64,000 bases of DNA from Octopus vulgaris (taxonomy: Eukaryota). Both the position numbers and the translations under genes were made by a program. Under the pieces are notes generated by a model. It saw only the letters and a program-made list of their open reading frames with translations. It searched no databases and was not told the origin of the DNA. Below are positions 25,323-37,615 of the stretch, piece after piece; position 1 is the first letter of the stretch; each line of letters starts with the position of its first letter. The DNA is taken from the NCBI GenBank assembly GCA_951406725.2, contig OX597822.1, positions 75,578,001 to 75,642,000 of the forward strand, given 5' to 3'.

Positions 25323-26815
25323 TAAGATCAACCCAAAAATACTCCATCTGGTGAGAGATAAATAATATTGAATAGACATATTACATGTCTTTATGTGCTA
25401 CTAATAGACTCTTGTGCTGAGAGCATGCCAAAACAATGCATGCCCTGCGTGCACATAAATCCTTAATGCACGATCAAAACATTTTGATTCTCCTGTCAGC
25501 CAAGTTTGAGGATAACCAAACCAAAGTTTAAAACGTCTTAGACACTAAGTATTTCTGCCAAATTTGTTGAAAACCGTTCGGCCGTTTCTCTCAAAAAAAT
25601 GCTTATTTAAGTCACATACATCGAGGTTGCCATCTTCTGCGACTGCAGCGTGAAACTCTTTGAAACACTGGAAATGAGAAGTTTACTCCTTGCAATTGTG
25701 TTTCAAACAATGATAGCTTTCTCCGAAATCCTTTGTTGATTCTGTAGAGATCACAAATAAGGTTAAATTTTCCCTGAAGTTTCAAGTCCAATTCATTCAT
25801 GCTGGATGTGATGTCAACCAAAAATGACAACTTCGACAGCCAGGAAGGATGGGACAGAATCGGATCAGCTCTATCCGTTTCGGTAAGAAGAATATCTATT
25901 TCTCTTCGGAGCTTATAAAAACGAAACAGGACATTACCGCAGCTCAGCCACCTCACTGCTGTGTGATAAGGCAACTCACAGAATTCAGAATAACTTTCTT
26001 CAAGAAAAGCCTGAACTGCATGACTCCGAATGAAGTTCACCGCAGAAACGATTGGTTTCAGTACGCAAGAAATGTCCAAGTCTTTTCCACAATGTACTCG
26101 TGGATGTATTATGCAGTGTACAAACAGAGCACCTGGGAATTTATGATCTTTCAACTTAGTCCCGATCATCCCCACCAGACAATTCCTCACTCCGGTCATG
26201 TTTTTTTTTCTTTCATCAACTGTAACACATCGAAGATGATTCCATTAAAAGTTATAGCTTTGCGAAATTTTCTGAACTTCCATAAAAATGACTTCTCTAG
26301 TTGTTCTGTGCATGCTGCAAATGGGTGCCAACTCTTCTGTGATCTGAAAGTCCAAATTAGCACAGCAAACGAACGCAGGAATTTGTGACGCACTCGAGAG
26401 ATCAGTAGACTCATCCAGCGCCAGAGAATACCACAAGAAGTTCCTATCTGTCTCGCGTATCTGTAGCACTATTTTCTCTCCAGGTTCTTTTGTTCTCCAC
26501 ACAATTGAACTTGATATTTCCAAACAAATCGACTTTCTTAGGACACAAGTCATTCGCTGCTTCCATCATACACTCTTTGGTGAAGTTGCCGTCAGTAAAC
26601 GGTTTTACTCGTTCTGCTATCTTAAGCACTCTCTTGTAACTTGAACGAGTGACAGATTCCTTTTCAACAAACATTTTCGCGAAGAGAATGTTTAAACACA
26701 GTTAACAGACAATCGCTACAGGAATGAACTCTCAATGCAGGTATTTACACAAAAGTAGCAGTTCGGCGACGAGCCTGATGAACTGACCTCGCAGGCTGTA
26801 GCTTGGTGACCTCTG
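24460..26815 (-). mobile_element. Complete but decayed hAT DNA transposon, Buster/Charlie (SPIN/GTF2IRD2-like) group
   Basis: TIRs CAGGGGTCAACAAACT and (reverse complement) CAGAGGTCACCAAGCT, 13/16. TSD GTTTAAAG (24452-24459) and GTTTAATG (26816-26823), fitting the NNNTANNN target pattern. Confidence 0.9.
25320..26680 (-). pseudogene. hAT transposase pseudogene (frameshifted)
   Basis: KPFTDGNFTKECM, YSLALDESTD, HCIIH, LPYHTAVRWLS.G.VL.RFYKLR.EI and LSFLVDIT..MNEL.LKLQG spread over four ORFs. Confidence 0.9.
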
Positions 26816-26876
26816 GTTTAATGTATCGGATTTGAACTGTCCTGTCTGTTATCACAAAGACTTTGCAATATGTATG

Positions 26877-26908
<32 letters not shown>

Positions 26909-27309
26909 ACATTATGTATATAGTATTTAGATATGATCTACTAAGATTTTTATGCTGCGGAAAGGAAACACGACACACCACACACACCACACCACACCAC
27001 ACAACTCCATACCACACCACACCACATCATACCATCCCCCACACACTAACACTGACCACTTCCCAGCACCTACACCATCATCCACACACCTACACATGCA
27101 CACACGCATACATCAATGTCACAAGCCCCCTTCCACATACACACTCACATACACACGCACGCACACCTTCTTTTTGGGATCAACACTACTTTATTATCTC
27201 CCCTTCTTCTTAGCACTCCTGTGTCACCCCACTGTTCGGCATTCGCCATGATAGATCGCTAGCCACAAAACCTTTTTTCTGTTTTCTCTCCCTGTTTATT
27301 TCTGTGTTC

Positions 27310-27345
27310 CTTTCTGTCGAAGAGCGTAGGCTCGAAACGTAAAAG
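27310..27345 (+). ncRNA. Minimal type I hammerhead-ribozyme motif, A6U core variant, in a Penelope-like pLTR (about 27210-27425)
   Basis: CTTT-CTGTCGA-A-GAGC-GTAG-GCTC-GAAA-CGT-A-AAAG: helix I CTTT/AAAG, helix II GAGC/GCTC, palindromic helix III ACGT, GUA triplet. Confidence 0.55.
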
Positions 27346-27499
27346 AATTCCTCTCTTCCCAAGCGTTAAACTAATATATCTGTTTCTTGTTTATACACCT
27401 GTCTTGTTTTTTTTTGTAAATCTTCAGATTTATATATCCTGTCTTGTGCCTACAGCCAATCCTTCAGACTCAAATATAAACGGCTTATCATATAAGACT

Positions 27500-27815
27500 C
27501 TACATTACTTACATTATTTACATTTGACGGATATTTGTCCTCATCTTGTTTGTTGTTAGCAAAACGTTTCGGCTGATATACTCTCTAGCCTTCATCAGGT
27601 GTCTTGAAATTTTGAACCTGGGTTCTCATTCCTAAGGCATGAGAACATTAGGAATGAGAACCCAGGTTCGAAATTTCCCCACGACACCTGATGAAGGCTG
27701 GAGAGTATATCAGCCAAAACGTTGTGTTAACAACAAACAAGATGAGGACAAATATCCGTCAAATTTAAATAATCTAGATAATGTACATAATTCCTCATCT
27801 CTTAAATATAGAACT
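27500..27815. mobile_element. Inverted-repeat Penelope-like pLTR pair with a hammerhead motif in each arm and a 10-bp TSD
   Basis: Arms about 27501-27635 and 27648-27785; GACAC-CTGATGA-AGGCT..AGCC-(G/A)AAACGTT in both; ATATAAGACT at 27490-27499 and 27816-27825. Confidence 0.75.
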
Positions 27816-27912
27816 ATATAAGACTATCTATATCGATATCTGTGTGTGCGCGCGTGCGAGTGTATGTGTGTGTATATATATATACAAATATACACATATA
27901 TGTATATTTATG

Positions 27913-27984
<72 letters not shown>

Positions 27985-28082
27985 TATCATAAATATATAG
28001 ATATTGTTATGTATTGATCTGTTTCTAGTTGTTTGGTTAGTTAGATAAATTTGCAGATTGATGAACTTAAAAACACAGACAA

Positions 28083-28203
<121 letters not shown>

Positions 28204-28319
28204 GGCAAACAGAGTGAGGTCAAGCAGGGTGATGATTGCAGTATGAACCAGTTTGAATACAAAGTACGATGATACTGCTATCGAGAATGTTCATAAACGA
28301 AGTCTTTGAAAGTTAATGT

Positions 28320-28392
28320 GCAGCAGCAACAACAACAACAACAACAATAACAACGACAAAGCTATTAAATGATAATAATAGTAATAATAGTG

Positions 28393-28439
<47 letters not shown>

Positions 28440-28473
28440 CATAATTATAATCATAATAATAATAATAATAATG

Positions 28474-28523
<50 letters not shown>

Positions 28524-28572
28524 CATAATTATAATCATAATAATAATAATAATAATAATGATAATAATAATA
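28320..28572. repeat. (AAC)n/(AAT)n microsatellite with an internal higher-order duplication
   Basis: AATCATAATTATAATCATAAT...AATGATAAT occurs at about 28437 and about 28521. Confidence 0.9.
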
Positions 28573-29175
28573 TTTTTTATTGTCACATTAGAGAAATTTG
28601 CACATTTTGAAGTGTTGTAATCTCCTGCGCATATTTGCGACAGTTTTCTCAGCCGGAGGACGACAGATGAAAGTGAAATCAGCGGTTACGTATATAAGGA
28701 GTTAGTATAGATTTTTTACACAGGCGAACGCGGGATAATAAATCACATCAGATATCCTTTATCTGCTGTACGTTGATTCTAATGCGATATTCCGTTGACA
28801 TAATAAAATCCTGTCACAATTTCCGAATATCGAATACCAATTTTTTATATTTGCTCATTTTCCCGATTTACATAAGCATGATATTAACTAACTCTCTTAC
28901 GTCACTCACCGTTTCTCACTTTCTCTCTCCCTGTGTGTATTCTGCTTTTCTTCTCTTCCTCTTTCTCTCATGCTCCAAGTTTCTCTTTCTGAAAGAGTTT
29001 CAACTTATTCGTTCAATACAATAACAGAATCCGCTGAGCCTCACTATTTGATGCCTCTTTGTACACCTTAAAGTATAGTCTTCTAGAAGAAGTCTAATTC
29101 TCTTACACATGCAAAGATACTCACAGCACATATGCATCCATGTTTGTATTTATGTGTATATGCATATACATACAT

Positions 29176-29690
<515 letters not shown>

Positions 29691-29832
29691 CATAAGGTTA
29701 GAGCTAAAAATGCACAGTATAGTAAACAGGTTGCAGTGTTCAAATTATTTCAACGTAAACATCGAATATCGAGGACAAGGAAAATCGAAAGCTAGCTCAC
29801 TCTCTCTCTCTCTGTCTATATGTGTCCTATTG

Positions 29833-32800
29833 GTTAGCTACTGCCCTCTCAAGCTGGGCAGCCCCCAGTTAATAAGGTGCTGACCCGCCACAGGCCGCCT
29901 GCTTTATTGGGTGCTTGGAGCTAAGAGTATGACTTGAAAAGCGGCCTGCAACCTCTGCACCGGGTAAACAACTAAAAGACAAGAAACCACCAGTCCTGCG
30001 GTTGGCAAGCTGGAATGTCAGGACCATGTGCCCTGGAATATCTGATGATCTACTCAGGGTTGAAGACACAAGGAAAACGGCCATCATTGACCGTGAACTA
30101 AAGAGGCTCAACATAAACATTGCTGGGCTACAGGAGACAAGACTTCCCTCAAACGACAAACTCAAAGAACAGGATTTCACCTTCTTTTGGCAGGGCAGGG
30201 AAGAGATCCAGAAGAACCTCGTCAACATGGCGTTGGCTTTGCAGTGAGAAACTCATTACTCTCCTCAATAGAACCACCATCAGGAGGCACTGAGCGTATC
30301 CTCTCACTGCGCCTCTCAACCTTTTCTGGCTCAGTACATCTACTCAGCATCTATGCTCCCACTCTCTACAGCTCAGAGGAGACCAAGGACCAGTTCTACA
30401 AAGATCTCAACTGTGTCATAGAAAATATACCAACAACTGAAAATATCTACCTTCTAGGGGATTTTAACGCTCGCGGGGGATCTGACCATTATTCGTGGCC
30501 CATTTGTGTTGGACACTTTGGTATTGGCAACATGAATGACAATGGTCAGAGACTACTCGAATTCTGCACATACCATAACCTGTGCATCACAAACCCATTC
30601 TCTACCAACAAACCATCCCACAAGGCATCTTGGAGACATCCAAGATCTCACCACTGGCATCAGCTGGATCTCATCATTACACGGAGATCTTTTCTGAATT
30701 CTATTCTATTGACCCGCAGTTACCACAGTGCGGATTGTGACACAGACCACTCACTACTTAGAAGTAGGGTGAGGATTCTGCCTAAAAAGGTCCATCGCTC
30801 CAAGAAAGTGGGCCGACCACGCATTAACACTGCCAGAACCTCGGACCTTACACTGCGAAAATGTTTTGCTGCTTCTATCAAGGTTGCCCTCATTAGCTGC
30901 CCAACCTCCTCTGTTGAAAGTAGATGGAACTATATCAGGGAAGCTTTGTATACGACATCAATAGATACTTTCGGCATGAGAGAAAGGCAAAACCCAGATT
31001 GGTTCAATGCTGGGCTCTCAGAGCTGGAGCCAGTTATCGAAGCAAAGCGTGCAGCTCTGATGCAATACAAGAGTGACTCTTCTACAAAGTCACTCGAAGA
31101 ACTCAGAAAGGCACGAAATAAAACCCAACTGACAGCCAGACGTTGTGCAAATAGGTATTGGCAGGAAATCTGTCAGAGTATCCAGTCAGCTGCTGACGGG
31201 GGCGATACCCGTGGGATGTATGCCGGTTTGAAGAAGGCCCTCGGTCCATCCGCAACCAAGTCAGCCCCTCTGAAATCAACTACTGGAGATCTCATCAGGG
31301 GTCAAAGCAAGCAAATGGATAGATGGGTGGAGCACTACCAGGATCTCTACTCACGGGAGACTACAGTGGCTGAGGCTGCAGTCGAGAGTGTCAAGATCTT
31401 GCCAGTCATGTGCGAACTTGACAGTCCGCCATCTATAGCAGAGCTCACAATGGCTATTGACTCCCTAGCAAGAAACAAGGCTCCGTGAAAAGACGGCATC
31501 CCCTCAGAGATCATCAAAGCCGGCAAAAACACCTTCCTGCTTCGGTACCTTCATGAGCTTCTGTGTCAGTGCTGGGAAGAGGGTACAGTCCCTCAGGATA
31601 TGCGGGATGCTGACATCATTACGCTTTACAAAAACAAAGGTGACCGTGGTGATTGTAACAATTACCGTGGAATATCTCTTCTAAGCACTGTTGGAAAGAC
31701 CTTTGCCCGAGTTATCCTGGCCAGGCTACAACTACTTGCTTCTCGAATCTATCCGTAATCGCAGTGTGGCTTTAGAAGTAGCAGATCAACTATCGATATG
31801 ATATTCTCCATACGCCAACTTCAGAAGTCCAGAGAGCAGAAAATGCCACTATATATGGCCTTCATTGATCTAACAAAGACCTTTGACTCGGTAAGCAGAA
31901 CAGGCCTCTTCATCCTGCTCCAAAAAATTGGATGTCCACCAAAGCTGCTGAGGATCATCAAGTCTTTCCATGATGATATGCAAGGCACCATACAGCACAA
32001 TGGTTCAACATCAGCCGCCTTCCAAATAAAAAACGGGGTAAAGCATGGTTGTGTCCTCGCTCCTACATTATTTGGCATCTTCTTCTCGCTCTTACTCTCA
32101 CATGCCTTTCAGACATCAGATGATGGAGTGTTTCTGCACAGTAGAAGTGACATGAAACCGTTCAATCTCTCGCGCCTGCGTGCCAAGACCAAAATCAGAA
32201 ACGTCCTGATCAAGGAGATGTTATTTGCTGATGGTGCCGCTCAGGTATCACACACAGAAGAAGCCCTCCAAAGGCTCATTAACTGTTTTGAGCAAGCATG
32301 TAACGACTTTGGCTTAGCTATCAACCTTAAGAAGACTAACATCATGGGTCAGGCTACATCGGACATCCCAAACATACATATTGGAGACCACAGATTACAA
32401 GAGGTGGAGAAGTTTACCTATCTTGGCTCTACCGTCACCTACAACCTATCCCTTGACGCTGAGCTCAATATACGCATTGGCAAGACAGCTGCTGCGATGG
32501 CCCAACTCTCCAAACGGGCGTGGGACAACAATAAGCTGACCAAGGCTACGAAAATGATCTACCAGGCATGTGTACTTAGCACTCTACTGTATGGAAGTGA
32601 GACTTGGACGCTATACACACGCCAAGAGCGTCGCCTAAACATCTTTCACCTGCGCTGCCTCCGGAAAATCCTCCGCATCAAATGGCAGAATCATATCCCC
32701 AATAAAGATGTCCTCAAGCAAGCAGGAATACCAAGCATGTTTGCACTCCTCACACAAAGACGTATGAGATGGCTTGGGCATGTTAGCCGTATGAAAGATG

Positions 32801-33236
32801 GCAGAATCCCCAAGGACATACTCTACGGAGAGCTTGCTAAGGGTACTAGGTCTGTGGGTAGACCGTTCTTACGTTACAAGGATGTTTGCAAAAGGGACAT
32901 GAAGGCCTGCAACATCAATATTAGCGGTGGGAGGCAGTTGCCGGCAACCGTGGAGATTGGCGACGTACCGTAAAAGAGGGAATACAAAGGAGTGACAGAG
33001 AGAGAGAGAGAGAAATGGAAAGACAAGAAAAGACGTCAACAAGAAACTATGGCATTACAACTAGCTAGGAACAGTCTTCGCTACATTTGCGGTACCTGCC
33101 AGTGGGAGTGTTTGTCCAGCATAGGACTACACAGCCACAGCACGAAATGTATCAGGACATGAAATGTAAAAGCCGGACTAGACTATTTTATGTGCAACTC
33201 CATTGTCTCCTGAGACAAAAAGGATGCCACCAACCA
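29833..33236 (+). mobile_element. Near full-length RTE-clade (BovB-like) LINE, inactivated
   Basis: Single APE+RT reading frame plus a short 3' UTR ending CCATTGTCTCCTGAGACAAAAGGATGCCACCAACC; markedly higher GC than the flanks. No clear TSD seen. Confidence 0.95.
29957..33161 (+). pseudogene. RTE APE endonuclease-reverse transcriptase ORF, disrupted
   Basis: APE motifs SWNVRT, LQETR, HGVGF, YAPT, GDFNA, LDLI and TDH; RT motifs NYRGISLL, SQCGFR, FIDLTK.FD, GVKHGCVLAP.LF, FADG (for FADD) and FTYLGS. Lesions: frameshift about 30200, TGA 31486-31488, TAA 31756-31758, frameshift about 32920. Confidence 0.93.
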
Positions 33237-33329
33237 TATATATAATAGTTCGAAAAAATAGTTCATATTCCATGTACCCGTACTTCGTACATTTTTGTTG
33301 TAAACGCTTCGTGACGTCCTGTGCCGACT

Positions 33330-33653
<324 letters not shown>

Positions 33654-34730
33654 TTTCATGCATATAAGCATACTTATAAATACATCTTAGGACGCTTTCG
33701 TTTGTGGTTGCAACTGGTAACATGAATAAATATTGGATTCAGTATGCTACGCGTAGTGTCTTAGATATGTGCTTTTATTCTTATCCAAGTTGGCAAATTT
33801 GTTGCTTTCATCTTTAAAGCCTTTAGAACCAATGAGCAAGAAAAAAATTACTAATATAAATAAGGAAGGCTGAAAGCGAAAAGAAAGTCAGGGTAGAAAA
33901 CCTAGGCGATTGGAGACATACCTAAAGATATGTAACTTTAACATGTAGAGGTCTTGTTGATGCATAAGTCTCAAAAGATGGCAACCTTTCATTCTCCACA
34001 GGCAGAGCTATGTGGTTAAGAAGCTCACTTTCTTTTTTTTTTCTGGTTTAATCAACTACGCGGCAGCATGTGTCTTCTATCATAGACAACAAGCGACCAG
34101 TGCTTTTTTATTGAATTTCTTTGAGGGAAACTGTGGAAGCGCAACGCAAATTATAGTAGGCTTAATAAGATATAGATATTCTTTAAATTCATTCTGCCAC
34201 AAATATAACATAAGGAAGCAACGTAACTATTTTGGTTTCTATTACTGATGTAAATTTGTTTAAAATTGGTTTATCCTTTATGTTCCAAATCTATATAGTT
34301 ATCTGAAGAGAGCAAATTCATGTAATGTTTTCATTAATCAAATAAATGGAACCACTTGAAACGGCCGTAATATATTGGCACCTGTACATCTTTGTTACTT
34401 ATTTATATTCTGTTCACGTAACCTGGAATCTGCACTTCGGAAATACTATACAAAGGATCTTTATATAAATAGTGCATGCCTGAATTAACAAGAGCCGATA
34501 TCTTCATTTAGCTGGGTTGTGTTGTCTGTTCACACGATAGGAATATTAGATACAAACACCCCTAAACGGAGTCTTGATATCCTACTTATATTGTTGGGGT
34601 GTGCGGACTTCCTCAATTTAAGTACCTAATTTAAAGGAACCTCTATATACGTACGTATGTATGTATATGTGCATATATATAGATATACATATATATGTGG
34701 GTGTGTGTATATGTGCGTGTATGTGTGTGT

Positions 34731-34872
34731 GAAGGCACATGGTTTAGTGGTTAGGGGTATTTGGCTCATGATCGTAATTAGTGAATTCGTTTCTCGGCGG
34801 CACGTTGGGTCCTCAACCAAGGCACTTTGTTTCACGTTGCTCCAATCCATTCGGCTGGTAAAAATAAGTTGT
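34731..34872 (+). mobile_element. SINE family D head
   Basis: GAAGGCACATGGTTTAGTGGTTAGG..TTTCACGTTGCTCCAATCCATTCGGCTG. Confidence 0.7.
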
Positions 34873-34881
34873 ACATGTAAC

Positions 34882-34925
<44 letters not shown>

Positions 34926-35107
34926 GTATGAAGGATCGTGGGTAAGGCCTAAGCCATGCGAAGTAAATGCATGGTAAATCACAAAAAAAAACTGTGATTT
35001 ACCTTGCATTTAGTTCGCATTGCTTTGGCCTTATGCTCGATCCTTTATACAATGTGTATGTGTGTGTGTGTGTGTATGTGTGTATGAATGTGAGTGTGTA
35101 AATATAT

Positions 35108-35340
35108 ATCTATTTCTTTACTACCCACAAGGGGCTAAACACAGAGGGGACAAACAAGGACAGACAAACGGATTAAGTCGATTAGATCGATCCCAGTGCG
35201 TAACTGGTACTTAATTTATCGACCCCGAAAGGATGAAAGGCAATGTCAACCTCGGCGGAATTTGAACTCAGAACGTAACGGCAGACGAAATACGGCTACG
35301 CATCTCGCCCGGCGTGCTAAGGTTTCTGCCAGCTCACCGC
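35108..35340 (-). mobile_element. SINE family A monomer with tail 1
   Basis: Reverse complement of the first half of 8309-8540. Confidence 0.85.
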
Positions 35341-36598
35341 GTGGCACTCCGTCGGTTACGACAACGACAAATAATTTATAAGTGTTTTGAAATAGGGAGT
35401 CTACTTTTCCATCACCCTATATATGCAGGTATACAGTCATGGTTATACATGCACATAAACCTACTCGAGTATACGTATAAATAGAAGCCCTCACAAACGC
35501 AAATGCGTGGAATAACAATGTAATATTTGGTTAGAAACATGTACATCTTGATGCTAGAAATGCGTACGTGCAAAAGTGCATGTATGAATGAAAGAGTTTC
35601 TTGTGTCAAGGTATTAGGTAAGTAAGCAAAAATTTTCAAAGTGAAATACATAGATAAAATTAATTAATTAATATAATTACGTAAGGCATCCCACGTCGGA
35701 TTAAAATGAAAATAAAGGCAGATAAGAAAGGGAATCCAAACGGAATAAAATTAATGTTAGAGATAAAATTTGAATTTAAAATTGGAATTATTGCACGTGC
35801 AACTGAATTTGAGTGTGAAAAACAAAGATAGCTTGATTAACCAGGCTAAGTTATAGAATCTTCAATCTATATATGAATGGGAAAATGTATGAAAAATCTA
35901 AGCACAGCTGGATTGCCGAGTGTTTTAGTAGAACTCTTTGCACAATAAAGGGTTACGTAGGAAAATGTTCATATTTGTAACAGGTCAGCAATGCAGGTCT
36001 GAAAGCTAGCTATATCGACAAGAGAATTTGGCGGCGGGGTTGGGGACACATTAATGCAATAGATATCACAAATATATATGTTTTATCTTTTTATCTGATA
36101 TTAAACTTTTTAATACTTTTTGATAGTTATATATATTTAATAAAAAAAAAAATAATAATAATAATAATAAAAATAATAAAATATATATATATAGTTAATC
36201 CAAACAAGAAAACACAGAAAAAAAGAGAAAAAAACACAGCAACGCAGGACGTGGAACAATTAAAGTATTATTGACGCTCAGGAAAGAAGGGAAGGAGGGT
36301 TTAACGTTTTGAGCGGAGCTATATATATATATAAATTTATAAGTATAAATTAATAATTTAAATATCTTTTAAAATTTTGACTTTAAGTTATTTAAATTTA
36401 AAGTTTGAATTTTATATTTTATATATTTTGTATATTATATTAATTAATTTTATTTCTATGTTTTGGTTTATGTTTTTCACTGTTTGATTTGCCTAATAGT
36501 GGTTTTATCTCTAATTTAATATATATATATTTATACTGTAAAATTAGATTTAATCCTAAATCTAATTTTTCCCCTGTAAGTTTGGATTTACTCTGTAA

Positions 36599-36683
<85 letters not shown>

Positions 36684-36743
36684 TATGTATGTATATATAT
36701 ATATATATGTGTGTGTGAAATTTCTTCATGTCTTTCCTGGTTT

Positions 36744-36798
<55 letters not shown>

Positions 36799-36823
36799 CT
36801 TTCGCTCACTCTCTCTCTCTTTC

Positions 36824-36861
<38 letters not shown>

Positions 36862-37025
36862 AGAAATGCTTGGATGCATGTATGTGTGTACATATATATA
36901 CATATATATACATGTGTGTGTATATGTATATATGTATATATATTTGTTTGTAAGTGTATATATAATCGCATATATCTATATATGCGTACGTGTTTGAGTG
37001 TGCGTGTGTGTGTTTATGTGTATGT

Positions 37026-37330
37026 AAAGGTGCATGGCCTGATGGTTAGAACGTTGCACACACGATCTAGAAATTGCTATTTCAGTTCTTAAATCACGTG
37101 ATGCGTTGTGTTCTTAAGCAAAACCTTTCATTTCGCACTGCTCTGCGATAATTTCGATATTCTACGTGTGCCACCCTCGCGCACCCGTACAGGGCATACG
37201 GATCTGATTGTGGGGAAATTGCTTAAGTGCACCGACCATTTGATTACTGTAAACAAATCTTCTATATGGCTGCTCGTCCAGAAATTACGGAAGCCTCACC
37301 AGTCGTCTAACAACGGGAGATTCCACAATT
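37026..37330 (+). mobile_element. SINE family D-like, old copy
   Basis: AAGGTGCATGGCCTGATGGTTAG..GCGTTGTGTTCTTAAGCAAAACCTTTCATTTC. Confidence 0.55.
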
Positions 37331-37409
37331 ATTTGTATACATACATGTGGAATTTATAGTTGCACTCACGTGATTACGGATACGAATATTACACACCATG
37401 AGAAGGTTG

Positions 37410-37615
37410 AAAGCTGGTGCAATCTTTAGCACGCCAGTCAAAATGCTTATTGGCATTTCGTCCGTCTTTATGGTCTGAACTCAAATGCCACCGAGAGCGA
37501 CTTTGTTTTTCGTCCTTTCAGGGTCGATAAAATAAGTACCAATTAAGTACTAGGGTAAATGGAACTTCCCCACTCTCGAAATTGCAGACTTTGAGTCACG
37601 ATTTCAAGCCAATAT
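37410..37615 (+). mobile_element. SINE family A, old copy
   Basis: AAATGCTTA..CATTTCGTCCGTCTTTA..CGACTTTG..TCCTTTCAGGGTCGATAAAATAAGTACCA. Confidence 0.7.

Noticed and set aside
25849-26388. 179-aa plus-strand ORF
   Set aside because: Antisense shadow of the hAT transposase pseudogene.
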